Positions 48,827-59,014 are shown, numbered from the stretch's first letter. The stretch: 64,000 bases of DNA from Parachlamydiales bacterium (GCA_963705295.1 OY970065.1:160001-224000); one strand, 5' to 3'. Translations and numbers: made by a program. Notes: generated from the sequence alone by a model not told the origin.

Positions 48827-50119
48827 ATGCATGAAGAAGAAGTCGAAACAATTCGAAAACAACTCGTTTCTTTACCTACACAAGTCAGTCTAAAAAATCG
48901 TTCTCATCCTTCGAACACAACCAGGTCGTCTGCTTACAAAGATCAGACACTCAATATCAATTCTCTGAATAAAATTCTTGCGATAGATCCGGTCAAACAG
49001 ACGGTTTTGGTCGAGCCCAGAGTCACGATGGAACAACTCATGCGTGCAACGTTAAAACACGGGTTCGTCATTCCTATCGTCCCAGAATTCAAAGGGATTA
49101 CTGTGGGCGGAGCCGTTATGGGAGCGGGGATTGAAAGTAGTTCCCACCGGTTTGGACTCTTCAGTGATACGTGTGTGGCTTATGAAATTCTCCTCGGAGA
49201 TGGGACTGTCGTCCATGCATCACCCGAGACGCATGATGATCTTTTTTATGGTATTGCAGGATCGTACGGATCTCTCGGTGTTCTTCTGTCTATAAAGATC
49301 AAACTCATCCCGGCTAAACCGTGGATTAAACTCTATTATCGAAGAGCGAGCTCCGCTCAGGAAATTCTCTCTTCTAAGGCCGATTTTATCGAGGGGTTTA
49401 TCTTTTCACAAGGTCATATCACAGTGGTTGAGGGGTATTTTTCTGATGAAGACGATGCCCCTATTTTAAACTTAAAGCCTTGGAATCCATGGTTTTATCA
49501 ACACGTCAAAAAGGCTTTGCACGAAGAAAAAATTTCTACTTTTGACTATCTTTTTCGGCACGACCGAGGAGCTTTTTGGATGGGAGCTTATGCTAATTTG
49601 AAAAGGTCCTATAAACTTTTGCAGAAAGACCCCCATTTTTTGTTCCGCCTACTCTGGGGATGGAAAATGACAAGCAGAAATCTTTACTCGAGATTGCATG
49701 CAGGTGCAGAAGATTGGGTATCGGGCCAATTTGTGATTCAAGATTGCTCTATTCCATCGACAGAAATTGATCCATTTCTCGATAAAATCATCCGTGAGAT
49801 TGCCATTTTCCCTTTATGGCTTTGTCCTGCGAAGACAACACAAAAGCCTCAAATTTTTTCCCCTCACTTTCTCCCCGGTAAAGATCTCATCAATGTCGGT
49901 GTTTACGGAGTTTCACCAAAAGATAAAGCCGCTCCGGTCTTGGTCCGCCAGCTCGAACAATGGACCACCGCATCGGAGGGAAGAAAAATGTTATACGGAT
50001 ATTCGTATTACACAAACGATGAGTTTTGGAGAATCTATCCAAAGGACGATTACGAACAGCTGCGCCGAATCTACCATGCTGATCGATGGTTGCATATAAC
50101 TACAAAGATCTTGCAATGA
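48827..50119 (+). CDS. FAD-linked oxidoreductase, Delta24-sterol reductase (DHCR24)-like
   Basis: VEPRVTMEQL, PEFKGITVGG...GIESSSHRFGLF, GSYGSLG, YLFRHDRG.FW, PLWLCP. Confidence 0.75.
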   Translation: MHEEEVETIRKQLVSLPTQVSLKNRSHPSNTTRSSAYKDQTLNINSLNKILAIDPVKQTVLVEPRVTMEQLMRATLKHGFVIPIVPEFKGITVGGAVMGAGIESSSHRFGLFSDTCVAYEILLGDGTVVHASPETHDDLFYGIAGSYGSLGVLLSIKIKLIPAKPWIKLYYRRASSAQEILSSKADFIEGFIFSQGHITVVEGYFSDEDDAPILNLKPWNPWFYQHVKKALHEEKISTFDYLFRHDRGAFWMGAYANLKRSYKLLQKDPHFLFRLLWGWKMTSRNLYSRLHAGAEDWVSGQFVIQDCSIPSTEIDPFLDKIIREIAIFPLWLCPAKTTQKPQIFSPHFLPGKDLINVGVYGVSPKDKAAPVLVRQLEQWTTASEGRKMLYGYSYYTNDEFWRIYPKDDYEQLRRIYHADRWLHITTKILQ

Positions 50120-51099
50120 CACTCCATTTTGCCAATACAAACTTCGAAAAAGAACTCATGGGAGATATCCGTCCCGAATCCGACCAGGCCATTTTATTCC
50201 TTCAATTTCTTCCCATTCTTTATGCAGATGAAAATGATGGAATCGGTGTTACACATGCTCCTTACCCTTCTTTTTCACATCCTAAATGGCATTTGCTGGA
50301 CGATCCCGATTGGCCTTATGAAAAAATAGAATCGTGGGCACCGTCCCAGCAGATCGCAGGATGGGCTCAAGCACGAAACTTAAAATATACGATCCCTCCG
50401 TGGGAAATTGTTAAGCGGGTGAGCAGCAAAGCGTTTGCATTTTCTGAAACCCCGCAGCTACCTGGAAGTGCACTCCTTTATTCCTGGGGGGAACTGGATG
50501 CATGGATAGATTCTCTAAGTGGTCCTAAGGTGTTGAAAAAATGTTACGGAGTTGCTGGGAAAGGACATTTATTTTTGCCGGCCCATCCGAACCATTTGAA
50601 GAAATTTGCAGAAAAAGAATTCGGAGCAAACCGGCCACTGATTGGTCAGCCTTGGGTCGACCGGAAGCTCGACTTTAGCACGCAGTGGTATATCCATGAG
50701 CGGGAGATCGAATTTTTAGGCACGACTCTCTGCATCAACAACAGGCGGGGTGGTTATATCGGAAACACGGTGGGGATGGGGCCGCCTAATAAATTTCTGG
50801 AAGAGCATAAAGAACATGCACTGGGTATTTTGAAAAAAATGTCCCTCCTTGGATTTTTTGGAAATGTTGGTATCGATGCGATGATTTGGGGAGACGACCT
50901 TTTGCACCCGATTGTTGAAGTGAATGCACGGAAGACCATGGGATGGGTTGCGCTCGAATTTTTAAAACATCATTCCACAAAACGAACAATTACTTTAAGC
51001 TTTGGGGCGCAAAGTGAAAAAGACAATCTTCTTCCGAGTGGAGTCGTCCGTAGTGATGGATCTGTTCTCCATTTTCCGAAGAACTTGATTGCGAATTAA
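50116..51099 (+). CDS. ATP-grasp-fold hypothetical protein
   Basis: VLKK.YGVAGKG, QPWV.R..DFS, G.VGIDAM, VEVNAR.TMG; ATGA overlap with upstream gene. Confidence 0.7.
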   Translation: MTLHFANTNFEKELMGDIRPESDQAILFLQFLPILYADENDGIGVTHAPYPSFSHPKWHLLDDPDWPYEKIESWAPSQQIAGWAQARNLKYTIPPWEIVKRVSSKAFAFSETPQLPGSALLYSWGELDAWIDSLSGPKVLKKCYGVAGKGHLFLPAHPNHLKKFAEKEFGANRPLIGQPWVDRKLDFSTQWYIHEREIEFLGTTLCINNRRGGYIGNTVGMGPPNKFLEEHKEHALGILKKMSLLGFFGNVGIDAMIWGDDLLHPIVEVNARKTMGWVALEFLKHHSTKRTITLSFGAQSEKDNLLPSGVVRSDGSVLHFPKNLIAN

Positions 51100-51124
51100 T
51101 ACATAATCTAGCTAAGAATTCAGT

Positions 51125-52483
51125 ATGGATATCATCAAAATCAAAGGTGGAAAACCTCTCGAAGGGAGCGTCCGAGCTGTCGGCGCAAAAAACTCTGTCA
51201 CGAAACTGCTCGTTGCATCCCTTCTCTCGGATAAACGGTGCGTGTTTTTCAATGTTCCGAACATCCTCGATGTCGAAATCACCGTCGATCTGTGCAGGGA
51301 AATCGGCAGCACGATCCATTGGGATAAAAAAGAGGGTGTGATCGAAATCGTCACCAAAGAACTGAAGACCACCTACATTCCGCAACGTTTTTCTGGATCG
51401 AATCGGATTCCGATTTTGATGATCGGAGCTTTGCTGGGAAGAACCGATGAAGACATCATTGTTCCGACAGCAGGTGGGTGCAATATTGGAAGACGGCCGA
51501 TCGATTTCCATATTTCTTCGATGGAAAAACTCGGTGCGACCATCGAGTTTCGTCAGATGAAAAAAGAGGGGGCTTATTTTGCCAGAGCCCATCAAGGTCT
51601 CCGTGGCACGGTCATTGAACTTCCTTACCCTTCGGTAGGTGCAACAGAAAATTCGATCTTAGCATCGTGCCGAGCTAAAGGTGGAACCGTCATTAAAAAT
51701 GCCGCCATTGAGCCCGAAATCATCGACCTCGTTTTATTCCTGCAACAACTCGGAGTCGCCATCAGTGTCGACACCGATCGGACCATTCGGATTCAACCAG
51801 CCCAAGAATTTTACGAAGTAGAGCACACCGTCATCACCGACCGGATCGAAGCTGCATCTCTCGGCATGGCGGCCATCAGCACCAAAGGGCGTGTCTTTGT
51901 CGAAGGTGCCCAACATCCTCACATGATCGCCTTCCTCAACAAACTCCGTGAACTCGGAGCCGGTTTTCACATCCGAAACAATGGAATCGAATTTTTCTAC
52001 CGTGGTCCTCTCAAAGGAGGCATCCTCCTTGAAACCGATGTCCATCCCGGATTTCTGACCGATTGGCAACAACCGTTCGTTGCCCTCCTCACCCAAGCAG
52101 AAGGACATTCGATCGTCCATGAGACTGTCTATGAAAATCGATTTGGTTACACCGAAGTGCTCAAAGAAATGGGTGCCGACATCCAACTCTTCACCCAATG
52201 TCTCGGAAACCACGCATGCCGCTTCCGCTCACAAAACTACTCCCATAGTCTTGTCGTCAAAGGACCCACACCCCTCTCATCCCGCGATATCACCATCCCC
52301 GATCTCCGTGCCGGCTTTGCCTACGTGATCGCCGCCCTCATGGCCCCTGAAACCAGCGCCATCTCCGGCGCTCACTTCCTCGACCGCGGCTACGAAAACC
52401 TCGTCGAAAAACTCGGCACTCTTGGCGCCGACATCACAAGAGAATCGGCCCCCTCGAAAAAGGCACCATCATATTCTAGATAA
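51125..52483 (+). CDS. murA: UDP-GlcNAc 1-carboxyvinyltransferase
   Basis: GAKNS, GGCNIGRRP, SVGATEN, PGFLTD, DLRAG, RGYE. Confidence 0.97.
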   Translation: MDIIKIKGGKPLEGSVRAVGAKNSVTKLLVASLLSDKRCVFFNVPNILDVEITVDLCREIGSTIHWDKKEGVIEIVTKELKTTYIPQRFSGSNRIPILMIGALLGRTDEDIIVPTAGGCNIGRRPIDFHISSMEKLGATIEFRQMKKEGAYFARAHQGLRGTVIELPYPSVGATENSILASCRAKGGTVIKNAAIEPEIIDLVLFLQQLGVAISVDTDRTIRIQPAQEFYEVEHTVITDRIEAASLGMAAISTKGRVFVEGAQHPHMIAFLNKLRELGAGFHIRNNGIEFFYRGPLKGGILLETDVHPGFLTDWQQPFVALLTQAEGHSIVHETVYENRFGYTEVLKEMGADIQLFTQCLGNHACRFRSQNYSHSLVVKGPTPLSSRDITIPDLRAGFAYVIAALMAPETSAISGAHFLDRGYENLVEKLGTLGADITRESAPSKKAPSYSR

Positions 52484-53326
52484 ATTTAGTGCTCTTCTCA
52501 ATAAATGAGCACTCCCACCTTTTGCTAATTGCTGAGGAGTTTCGCCAACAACATTGACAACTCGAGGATTTGCACCATAACCGAGCAATAAAGCGACCTC
52601 ACGATCTAGACCATACATGGCTGCACAAGAGAGGGGTGTATTGCCCTTGCCATTTCTCGCTTCAATATCGGCCCCTTTACTTACTAATAAAGAGACTTTA
52701 TCAGCTGACTCAAAAACAGCCGTGTGTAAAAGGGTTTTATAAGAAGTTACACCATCGATTCTGTAGGGAATGGGCATATCGACATTGACACCCCTTTGCA
52801 AGAATTGTCTTAGAGAAATTAAATCAGTCTTATCCACATCTTCATACGAGTAAAATCGACCATTAAAATCATGAAATACAATTGGTAGATTTTCCTTTTT
52901 CAATTCATGAGGACCAATGGGGACAAATCTCTCTGCTCGGATAAGCCAAACATTCCTGCAAGGCCAAACTTCTTTTAACGCATCACATTCGGCAACATCC
53001 AAATGCTTCACAGTCTCAGGAAGAACCAACTTAACGATGTTTTTACAACGATCCAATATAAGACTCTGAACTCTTAAAACATGGACATAGGTGCCTGAAA
53101 AAGAATCCGACTCAGTGATCTTAAGAACACGCAGCCCTTGCATCTGTGCAAGGAATCGCATAAAAAGTCGTTCTACTTCCAAGATCCTTTCAGGTGAAAA
53201 TTGATCTTCTATCCCAGCTACCCGAAGTCTCGGAAGGGATAAGACTTCGATCCATTGAAAATCCAATTTTCTCAATTGTTCATAGACTTGTGCGCATGTT
53301 GAATCAGCAAATGTGACTGATGCCAT
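52469..53326 (-). CDS. Ankyrin-repeat protein with LRR-like N-part (candidate effector)
   Basis: TLLHTAV..., GADIEARN..GNTPLSCAA, GETP; LRVLKI, VQSLILDRC, VKHLDVAEC. Confidence 0.75.
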   Translation of the reverse strand: MASVTFADSTCAQVYEQLRKLDFQWIEVLSLPRLRVAGIEDQFSPERILEVERLFMRFLAQMQGLRVLKITESDSFSGTYVHVLRVQSLILDRCKNIVKLVLPETVKHLDVAECDALKEVWPCRNVWLIRAERFVPIGPHELKKENLPIVFHDFNGRFYSYEDVDKTDLISLRQFLQRGVNVDMPIPYRIDGVTSYKTLLHTAVFESADKVSLLVSKGADIEARNGKGNTPLSCAAMYGLDREVALLLGYGANPRVVNVVGETPQQLAKGGSAHLLRRALNLSRI

Positions 53327-53456
53327 CTTAAACCTCCAAAAATTTCAGAAGAACATAATCCCACCTTCCAAAACCCACAACTAAAATAGAAAATAATCCA
53401 TAGTAAAAAATTTCTAAGGGTTGGTGTATTTTCTATAGAATCTGTAAAATAGATCG

Positions 53457-54419
53457 ATGATTTTATGGAGACAGATTCAACGTCAAAATTTTAATTGCTG
53501 GAAAAAACTTGCTGAGTTTTTAGAACTGGGTGATGATTCTAAGATTCTGAAAAAGAGTCGCTTTCCTTTGAATTTGCCGGTAAGGCTTGCTCAGAAGATA
53601 GAAAAAAAGAATTTTGATGATCCTATTCTGAGGCAATTTCTTCCCTTGGAGGAGGAACGGAAGTCTCTGCCGGGGTATTTAAAAGATCCGGTGGGCGACT
53701 GCAAGGTCCAAAAAACATCCAAACTTCTGCAGAAATACCATGGAAGAGCTTTGCTGATTTGTACGAGTAGCTGTGCGATGCATTGTCGGTTCTGTTTTCG
53801 GCAAAATTACGATTACGAGACCGATCAGGGATTCGAAACAGAAATCAAAATGATTGCTGAGGATCGTTCTCTGACGGAGATTATTTTAAGTGGGGGTGAT
53901 CCGTTGTCACTCTCCGATCTTGTTTTGGAAGAGCTGTTGAGTCAATTGGAGAAAATTCCTCACGTGAAAAGAATTCGAATCCATACCCGTTTTCCGATGG
54001 GGATTCCGGAGAGAATCGATCCCTCTTTTTTATCACTTCTTCAGAATAGACGAGTGCAAGTTGTTTTTGTTGTTCATATTAATCATCCTGCTGAGCTCGA
54101 TGAAGATATTTTGAGAGGGTTGAAAAAGATTCAGTGTTTAGGGATTCCTGTTCTCAATCAAGGTGTTCTACTCAGAGGAATCAATGACACTGTTTCTGTT
54201 TTAAAAGAGCTGTGTGAAACGTTGGTGAATCATGGAATTTTACCCTACTATTTACACCAGCTGGATCGTGTGGAAGGGGCTGCCCATTTTGAAGTGGAAG
54301 AAGAGCGCGGTCGAGAGCTGATTGCTGGTTTGACAGAGGTTTTATCAGGATATGCGGTTCCTAAGTATGTTCGGGAAGAAGCGGGCTGTTCATCTAAAAC
54401 CGCTTTACATTTTGTCTAA
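53457..54419 (+). CDS. KamA/EpmB-family radical SAM lysine aminomutase
   Basis: CAMHCRFCFR, SGGDPL, HTRFP, NQGVLLRG, PYYLHQLD. Confidence 0.9.
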   Translation: MILWRQIQRQNFNCWKKLAEFLELGDDSKILKKSRFPLNLPVRLAQKIEKKNFDDPILRQFLPLEEERKSLPGYLKDPVGDCKVQKTSKLLQKYHGRALLICTSSCAMHCRFCFRQNYDYETDQGFETEIKMIAEDRSLTEIILSGGDPLSLSDLVLEELLSQLEKIPHVKRIRIHTRFPMGIPERIDPSFLSLLQNRRVQVVFVVHINHPAELDEDILRGLKKIQCLGIPVLNQGVLLRGINDTVSVLKELCETLVNHGILPYYLHQLDRVEGAAHFEVEEERGRELIAGLTEVLSGYAVPKYVREEAGCSSKTALHFV

Positions 54420-56126
54420 TGTTTTCAAGCCTAAGATTTCGAGGCCTTGGTGAAGAACCCGTCCCGCGGCTTCGCAGAGAAGAAGGCGACTTTGTTCTTG
54501 CGGCGATCCTTCGACGCGGCAATCGCGGAAAAATGCATGAAACTTTTCTGCAAGATTGTAGAGATATTCGGCTAGGCGGTGGGGTAGGAGATCTTGAGCG
54601 ACCGAGTCGAGGGTTTCTCCAAATTGTCTCAAATGGATGGCAAGATCGATTTCGGTGGGATGTTCGAGTTGGATCGGTGCATGGAGATTGGGGGCTTTAC
54701 CAACTTTTCGCTTGATACTTTGGATACGGACATACGCATAAAGAAGAAAAGCGGCGGTATTTCCTTCGAAACGGAGCATCCGCTCATAACTAAAGATGTA
54801 ATCTTTGTTCCGGTGCGAGGAGAGGTCGGCATATTTAACGGCGTCGATTCCTAAAATTTGTCCCATGTGATCGAGTTCTTGCGGGGAAAGATCGGGAATT
54901 CTTTCTTGGAGAATTTTTTTCGCATGATCGATCGCTTCATAGAGAAGATCAATGAGTTTTTCGGTTTCTCCAGAGCGGGTTTTAAACTTTTTACCATCGG
55001 ATCCGAGAACCACGCCAAAAGTGACGTGGTCGACGCGGACTTTTGTTGAATCGACATAGCCGGCTTTTTCTGCGGCTTTAAAAAGCATCTGGAAATGAAG
55101 GCTTTGCCCAGCATCGGTCACATAGATGATCCGGTCGGCTTGATCTTCTTCGATTCTGTACCGAAGAGCCGCCATGTCGGTCGTATCGTAGTTGTAACCG
55201 CCGTCAGATTTTTGGATGATGATGGGTAGGGGTTTCCCATCGCGTCCCTCAAAACCATCGAGGTAGATACATTTGGCTCCCTCTGAAATCGTGATCATTC
55301 CCCGTTTTTCAAGATCGGCCACGACAATCGGAAGATACGGATTATAAAACGACTCGCCTCGTTCGGTGATTTTAACATCGAGGAGATCGTAGATCTCCTG
55401 AAAAGCTTTCCGAGAGATGTCGCAGATCATTTTCCAAGCAGCGAGCGACGGTTCATCTCCGCCTTGGAGTTTGACAACTTGAAACTGAGCCTCTTTTTTG
55501 AATTCGGGATCTTCATCGAACAGTTTTTTGGAAGCGCGGTACCACTCCATGAGAGTAGGGAGATCGGTTTTTTTCTTCCCTTCTAACACCTCTGGAACAT
55601 ATTTCCTCATATAAGCAATGAGCATGCCGAACTGCGTTCCCCAATCACCGATGTGGTTGAGCCTGAGAACATCGTGACCTAAAAATTCGAAGAGGCGGGC
55701 AATACAATCCCCGATGATGGTTGATCGGAGATGTCCAACGTGGAGCTCCTTGGCAATATTGGGAGAAGAAAACTCTACGATCACGCGTTGCTTTGGATGA
55801 GGGAGAGGGACACCGAGATGGGGATCGAGAACCATTTGGTTGATTTCGGCGGCAATAAATTCGGGATTTAGAAAGATATTAATGAAGCCAGGTCCAGCGA
55901 TTTCGAGTTTGGAGATGGCAGGCGTTGGTTTCCAAGCTTGGATGATTTTTTGGGCGACTTCGCGCGGAGATGTTTTCAGTTCTTTAGCGAGCTTCAGGGC
56001 ATTGTTGCATTGATAATGCCCAAATTGCGGCTGTGTGGATGGAGTAATTTCTGGAGGGATGTCATAGCCCATCGCTGTTTTGAGAGCATCTGCAGCCTGT
56101 TTCTCCAAGATTTGGAGCAGGTTCAT
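54405..56126 (-). CDS. argS: Arginine-tRNA ligase
   Basis: EFSSPNIAKELHVGHLRS, GDWGTQFG, KFKTRSG. Confidence 0.98.
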   Translation of the reverse strand: MNLLQILEKQAADALKTAMGYDIPPEITPSTQPQFGHYQCNNALKLAKELKTSPREVAQKIIQAWKPTPAISKLEIAGPGFINIFLNPEFIAAEINQMVLDPHLGVPLPHPKQRVIVEFSSPNIAKELHVGHLRSTIIGDCIARLFEFLGHDVLRLNHIGDWGTQFGMLIAYMRKYVPEVLEGKKKTDLPTLMEWYRASKKLFDEDPEFKKEAQFQVVKLQGGDEPSLAAWKMICDISRKAFQEIYDLLDVKITERGESFYNPYLPIVVADLEKRGMITISEGAKCIYLDGFEGRDGKPLPIIIQKSDGGYNYDTTDMAALRYRIEEDQADRIIYVTDAGQSLHFQMLFKAAEKAGYVDSTKVRVDHVTFGVVLGSDGKKFKTRSGETEKLIDLLYEAIDHAKKILQERIPDLSPQELDHMGQILGIDAVKYADLSSHRNKDYIFSYERMLRFEGNTAAFLLYAYVRIQSIKRKVGKAPNLHAPIQLEHPTEIDLAIHLRQFGETLDSVAQDLLPHRLAEYLYNLAEKFHAFFRDCRVEGSPQEQSRLLLCEAAGRVLHQGLEILGLKTLDKM

Positions 56127-57239
56127 TTAATGCCTGCGTTCAAAATGGTGGTAGCGGGGTGGCGTCGAACGTTTGCCAATTCCAAATTTGATCCGGTAGT
56201 CTCCTAAGGCAATGGCGGCTTCGTGTGTCGAACAGTTTTTTTGCTCAGCGGTCTCAAAAAGGCGGAGCAAATGGTGATAGACTTGATCGACTTTTTTCCG
56301 AGACAACGAAGGATTATATCCTGCTTCTTCGAGCTCAAAGCTCACATTGATGAGTCCACCTGAATTGATCACGAAATCAGGTGCATAGAGAATGCCCCTT
56401 TGCTTCAAATGCACTGCATCTTCATCGGATAAAAGTTGATTATTAGCGCACCCGGCGACAGCACGGCAACGAAGACCGGGGATCGTTTCAGGATTAATAA
56501 TCCCTCCCAGAGCACAGGGTGCTAAAACGTCGCACGATTCTGCAAGGACATTTTCGGCCGGACAAGCGGTGGCGTGGTATTTTTTAGCGATCGTTTGTGT
56601 CTTTTCCCAATCGATATCGCTGACGATCAGTTTGGCTCCGTGCCAGAAGAGGAAATCGGCGAGGATGGAACCGACACTGCCGAGTCCTTGAATCGCAATG
56701 GTTTTCCCTTCAACATCAGGAGATCCGTCCATTTCTTGCAGCACAGCTTGAATTCCACGGAAAGTTCCCCAGGCTGTGAAATAAGACGGATTTCCACTAC
56801 TTTTTTCATGAGAAAGTCCCACAACATACGGAGTATGGTGCCCAATTAAAGTAACGTCTTGAATGGTACAGCCTGAATCTTCTGCGCATGTATAAAGCCC
56901 TTCTAATCGGTGGACGGCTGTAGCAAAGGCGATGATCATCTCTTTTGTTTTTTTATTGGGATGACACATGATGACGCTTTTTGCTCCGCCAAATCCTGTC
57001 TCCGCAAGTGCCGATTTATAAGTCATCCCTTTTGCAAGACGCTTCGCATCGGTCAGGGCCGCTTCGAAGGAAGGATACGGATAAATGCGGGTTCCGCCCA
57101 ATGTAGGCCCCAAGGCAGAATTATGGATACAAATGATCGCCTTCAGCCCCGTCCTTTCATCGGTAACAACAACAACTTTTTCGTATCCCTCTATAGGGAT
57201 TTCTTTTAAAACCAACGACTCTTCTACAGCTCTTTTCAT
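56127..57239 (-). CDS. ldh: Leucine dehydrogenase (Glu/Leu/Phe/Val family)
   Basis: LGGTR, GMTYK, GGAKSV, QGLGSVG, GCANNQL. Confidence 0.9.
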   Translation of the reverse strand: MKRAVEESLVLKEIPIEGYEKVVVVTDERTGLKAIICIHNSALGPTLGGTRIYPYPSFEAALTDAKRLAKGMTYKSALAETGFGGAKSVIMCHPNKKTKEMIIAFATAVHRLEGLYTCAEDSGCTIQDVTLIGHHTPYVVGLSHEKSSGNPSYFTAWGTFRGIQAVLQEMDGSPDVEGKTIAIQGLGSVGSILADFLFWHGAKLIVSDIDWEKTQTIAKKYHATACPAENVLAESCDVLAPCALGGIINPETIPGLRCRAVAGCANNQLLSDEDAVHLKQRGILYAPDFVINSGGLINVSFELEEAGYNPSLSRKKVDQVYHHLLRLFETAEQKNCSTHEAAIALGDYRIKFGIGKRSTPPRYHHFERRH

Positions 57240-57342
57240 AGTTCTACTAAAATAACACAAAAAATAAGTAGAAAACAAGATCTATTGCGCAATAACTCTA
57301 GTTGGGGTATCCTGATTGATCAACTAAAATTTGGACGTGATC

Positions 57343-58071
57343 ATGACAAGTATTGTCATTACTGATAATTTAAAAGATGAGATATTAAAATTTTTAAAAC
57401 GAACGAAAAAAGCCGATCTCATCACGACCTATCTCTACTTTTTAGAAAAAAAATTTAATATTAAACCGGTCCTTTTTGCCCGGGAAAAGACGATCTATCA
57501 AAGCCAAGAAGATCTTATCCAACGGCTTGAGAAAGAAGGGAAGCTTTGGCGAGAAACCGAAATTAAAATTCAGGTCGGCCAGCAGAGCGTCAACGATCAA
57601 ACTAAAAAAATCTATATTTGCCCTTTTACAGGGAAAGTTTTTGGCGACAATACCCATCCGAACCCTCAAGATGCGATCTATGACTGGGTTTCAAAATGTC
57701 CCGAAAATACCGAAAGAGCGGGTGGACTGCGGGTCAAAAGATTTTTTGTCTCTGAAGATCCCGAGGTCATTAAAAATTATATTATCAAGCGGAAAGAGCC
57801 GATTACAAAGATCGTTTTTTCTTCGGTTGTCACGGGTAAACTCTTCAATTCTAAGCAGGCAGTCATTGAAGATTTTATCAAAAATCAACTCAAACCATTG
57901 GAACTTGTTGAGGTGCCCAACCAAAACAGGTACCAGATTGAAGAAAATTTCTTAAATTTCATTCAAACACAGCTCGAAGAAAGCAGAATATCCGCTTTTG
58001 TTGAGGCTGCATCCAAAATCGGGGAGCTCTCTTCCTATTTAGACGAATGGCTCGAAGAAGCCGAAGGTTAA
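57343..58071 (+). CDS. Conserved chlamydial protein (DUF2709-like)
   Basis: IYICPFTGKVFGDN..PNPQDAIYDWVS; adjacent to tsaE as in chlamydiae. Confidence 0.75.
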   Translation: MTSIVITDNLKDEILKFLKRTKKADLITTYLYFLEKKFNIKPVLFAREKTIYQSQEDLIQRLEKEGKLWRETEIKIQVGQQSVNDQTKKIYICPFTGKVFGDNTHPNPQDAIYDWVSKCPENTERAGGLRVKRFFVSEDPEVIKNYIIKRKEPITKIVFSSVVTGKLFNSKQAVIEDFIKNQLKPLELVEVPNQNRYQIEENFLNFIQTQLEESRISAFVEAASKIGELSSYLDEWLEEAEG

Positions 58072-58463
58072 TCACCTCTTCCAGCGAAGAAACGCTGCAG
58101 GCGGGAAGAGAATTTGCTGCCACTTTGCAAGGAGATGAAACCATCGCTTTTTTCGGAGAATTAGGAAGTGGGAAAACGACATTCCTCAAAGGTTTGATTA
58201 GCAGCCTAGCGGGTTGCTCTCCCGATTCTGTAACAAGCCCAACATTCACTTACCTCCATATTTATGGAGACATCTACCATTTCGATCTCTACCGACTTTC
58301 TTCTGCGGATGAATTCAGAAAAGCTGGATTTTCAGAATATCTGGAGCAAGGGATTTGCTGTATCGAATGGGCCGAGCGGATTGCCGATGCTCTTCCTATA
58401 AAGACAATCCGGGTAACCTTAAAATATAAAAGTCAAAATCAAAGAGAAATCGTCATTTTATGA
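58047..58463 (+). CDS. tsaE: tRNA t6A biosynthesis ATPase
   Basis: GELGSGKTT, VTSPTF, YHFDLYRL, IEWAE. Confidence 0.95.
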   Translation: MARRSRRLITSSSEETLQAGREFAATLQGDETIAFFGELGSGKTTFLKGLISSLAGCSPDSVTSPTFTYLHIYGDIYHFDLYRLSSADEFRKAGFSEYLEQGICCIEWAERIADALPIKTIRVTLKYKSQNQREIVIL

Positions 58464-59014
58464 AAGCTGAATTTCTTCTATCAACGCTGGATGAAGTCCC
58501 TCTTTTCAAAGATAAAAATGGAAAAGTGATGCCAGAAATCGCTTTCGTGGGCCGTTCGAATGTGGGAAAATCGTCCCTCATCAATCACCTCTTAAATCGA
58601 AAAAAACTAGCTAAGGTTTCGGCAAAACCGGGGAAGACCCAAACGATCAACTATTTCAATGTCGATGATCGGCTGATTCTCGTTGATTTACCCGGATACG
58701 GTTATGCCGCCAGGGGGCATGAGATGCAGCTCAAATGGAGCGCCGCCATCGATCATTATCTTGAAAATAGATCGTCCTTGGTTCTCCTTGTTCTCTTAAT
58801 CGATTCCAGACGGACCCCCTCCGATGAAGATCTAGCGTTGATGGAGTGGTCAAAACACCATAAAAAACCTCTTTTACTCATATTCACAAAATCCGATACA
58901 CTTGAGAAAAAAAATAAAGTGACAAATGGTCTGCTTTACTCGATCAAAGATTCAAATTCTCGAGCCGTTCTTATAAAAACCTTAAACAAATTCATCGATG
59001 GGTCATTTAAATAA
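58460..59014 (+). CDS. engB: Ribosome biogenesis GTPase YihA/YsxC
   Basis: GRSNVGKSS, PGKT, DLPGYGYA, TKSD. Confidence 0.95.
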   Translation: MKAEFLLSTLDEVPLFKDKNGKVMPEIAFVGRSNVGKSSLINHLLNRKKLAKVSAKPGKTQTINYFNVDDRLILVDLPGYGYAARGHEMQLKWSAAIDHYLENRSSLVLLVLLIDSRRTPSDEDLALMEWSKHHKKPLLLIFTKSDTLEKKNKVTNGLLYSIKDSNSRAVLIKTLNKFIDGSFK

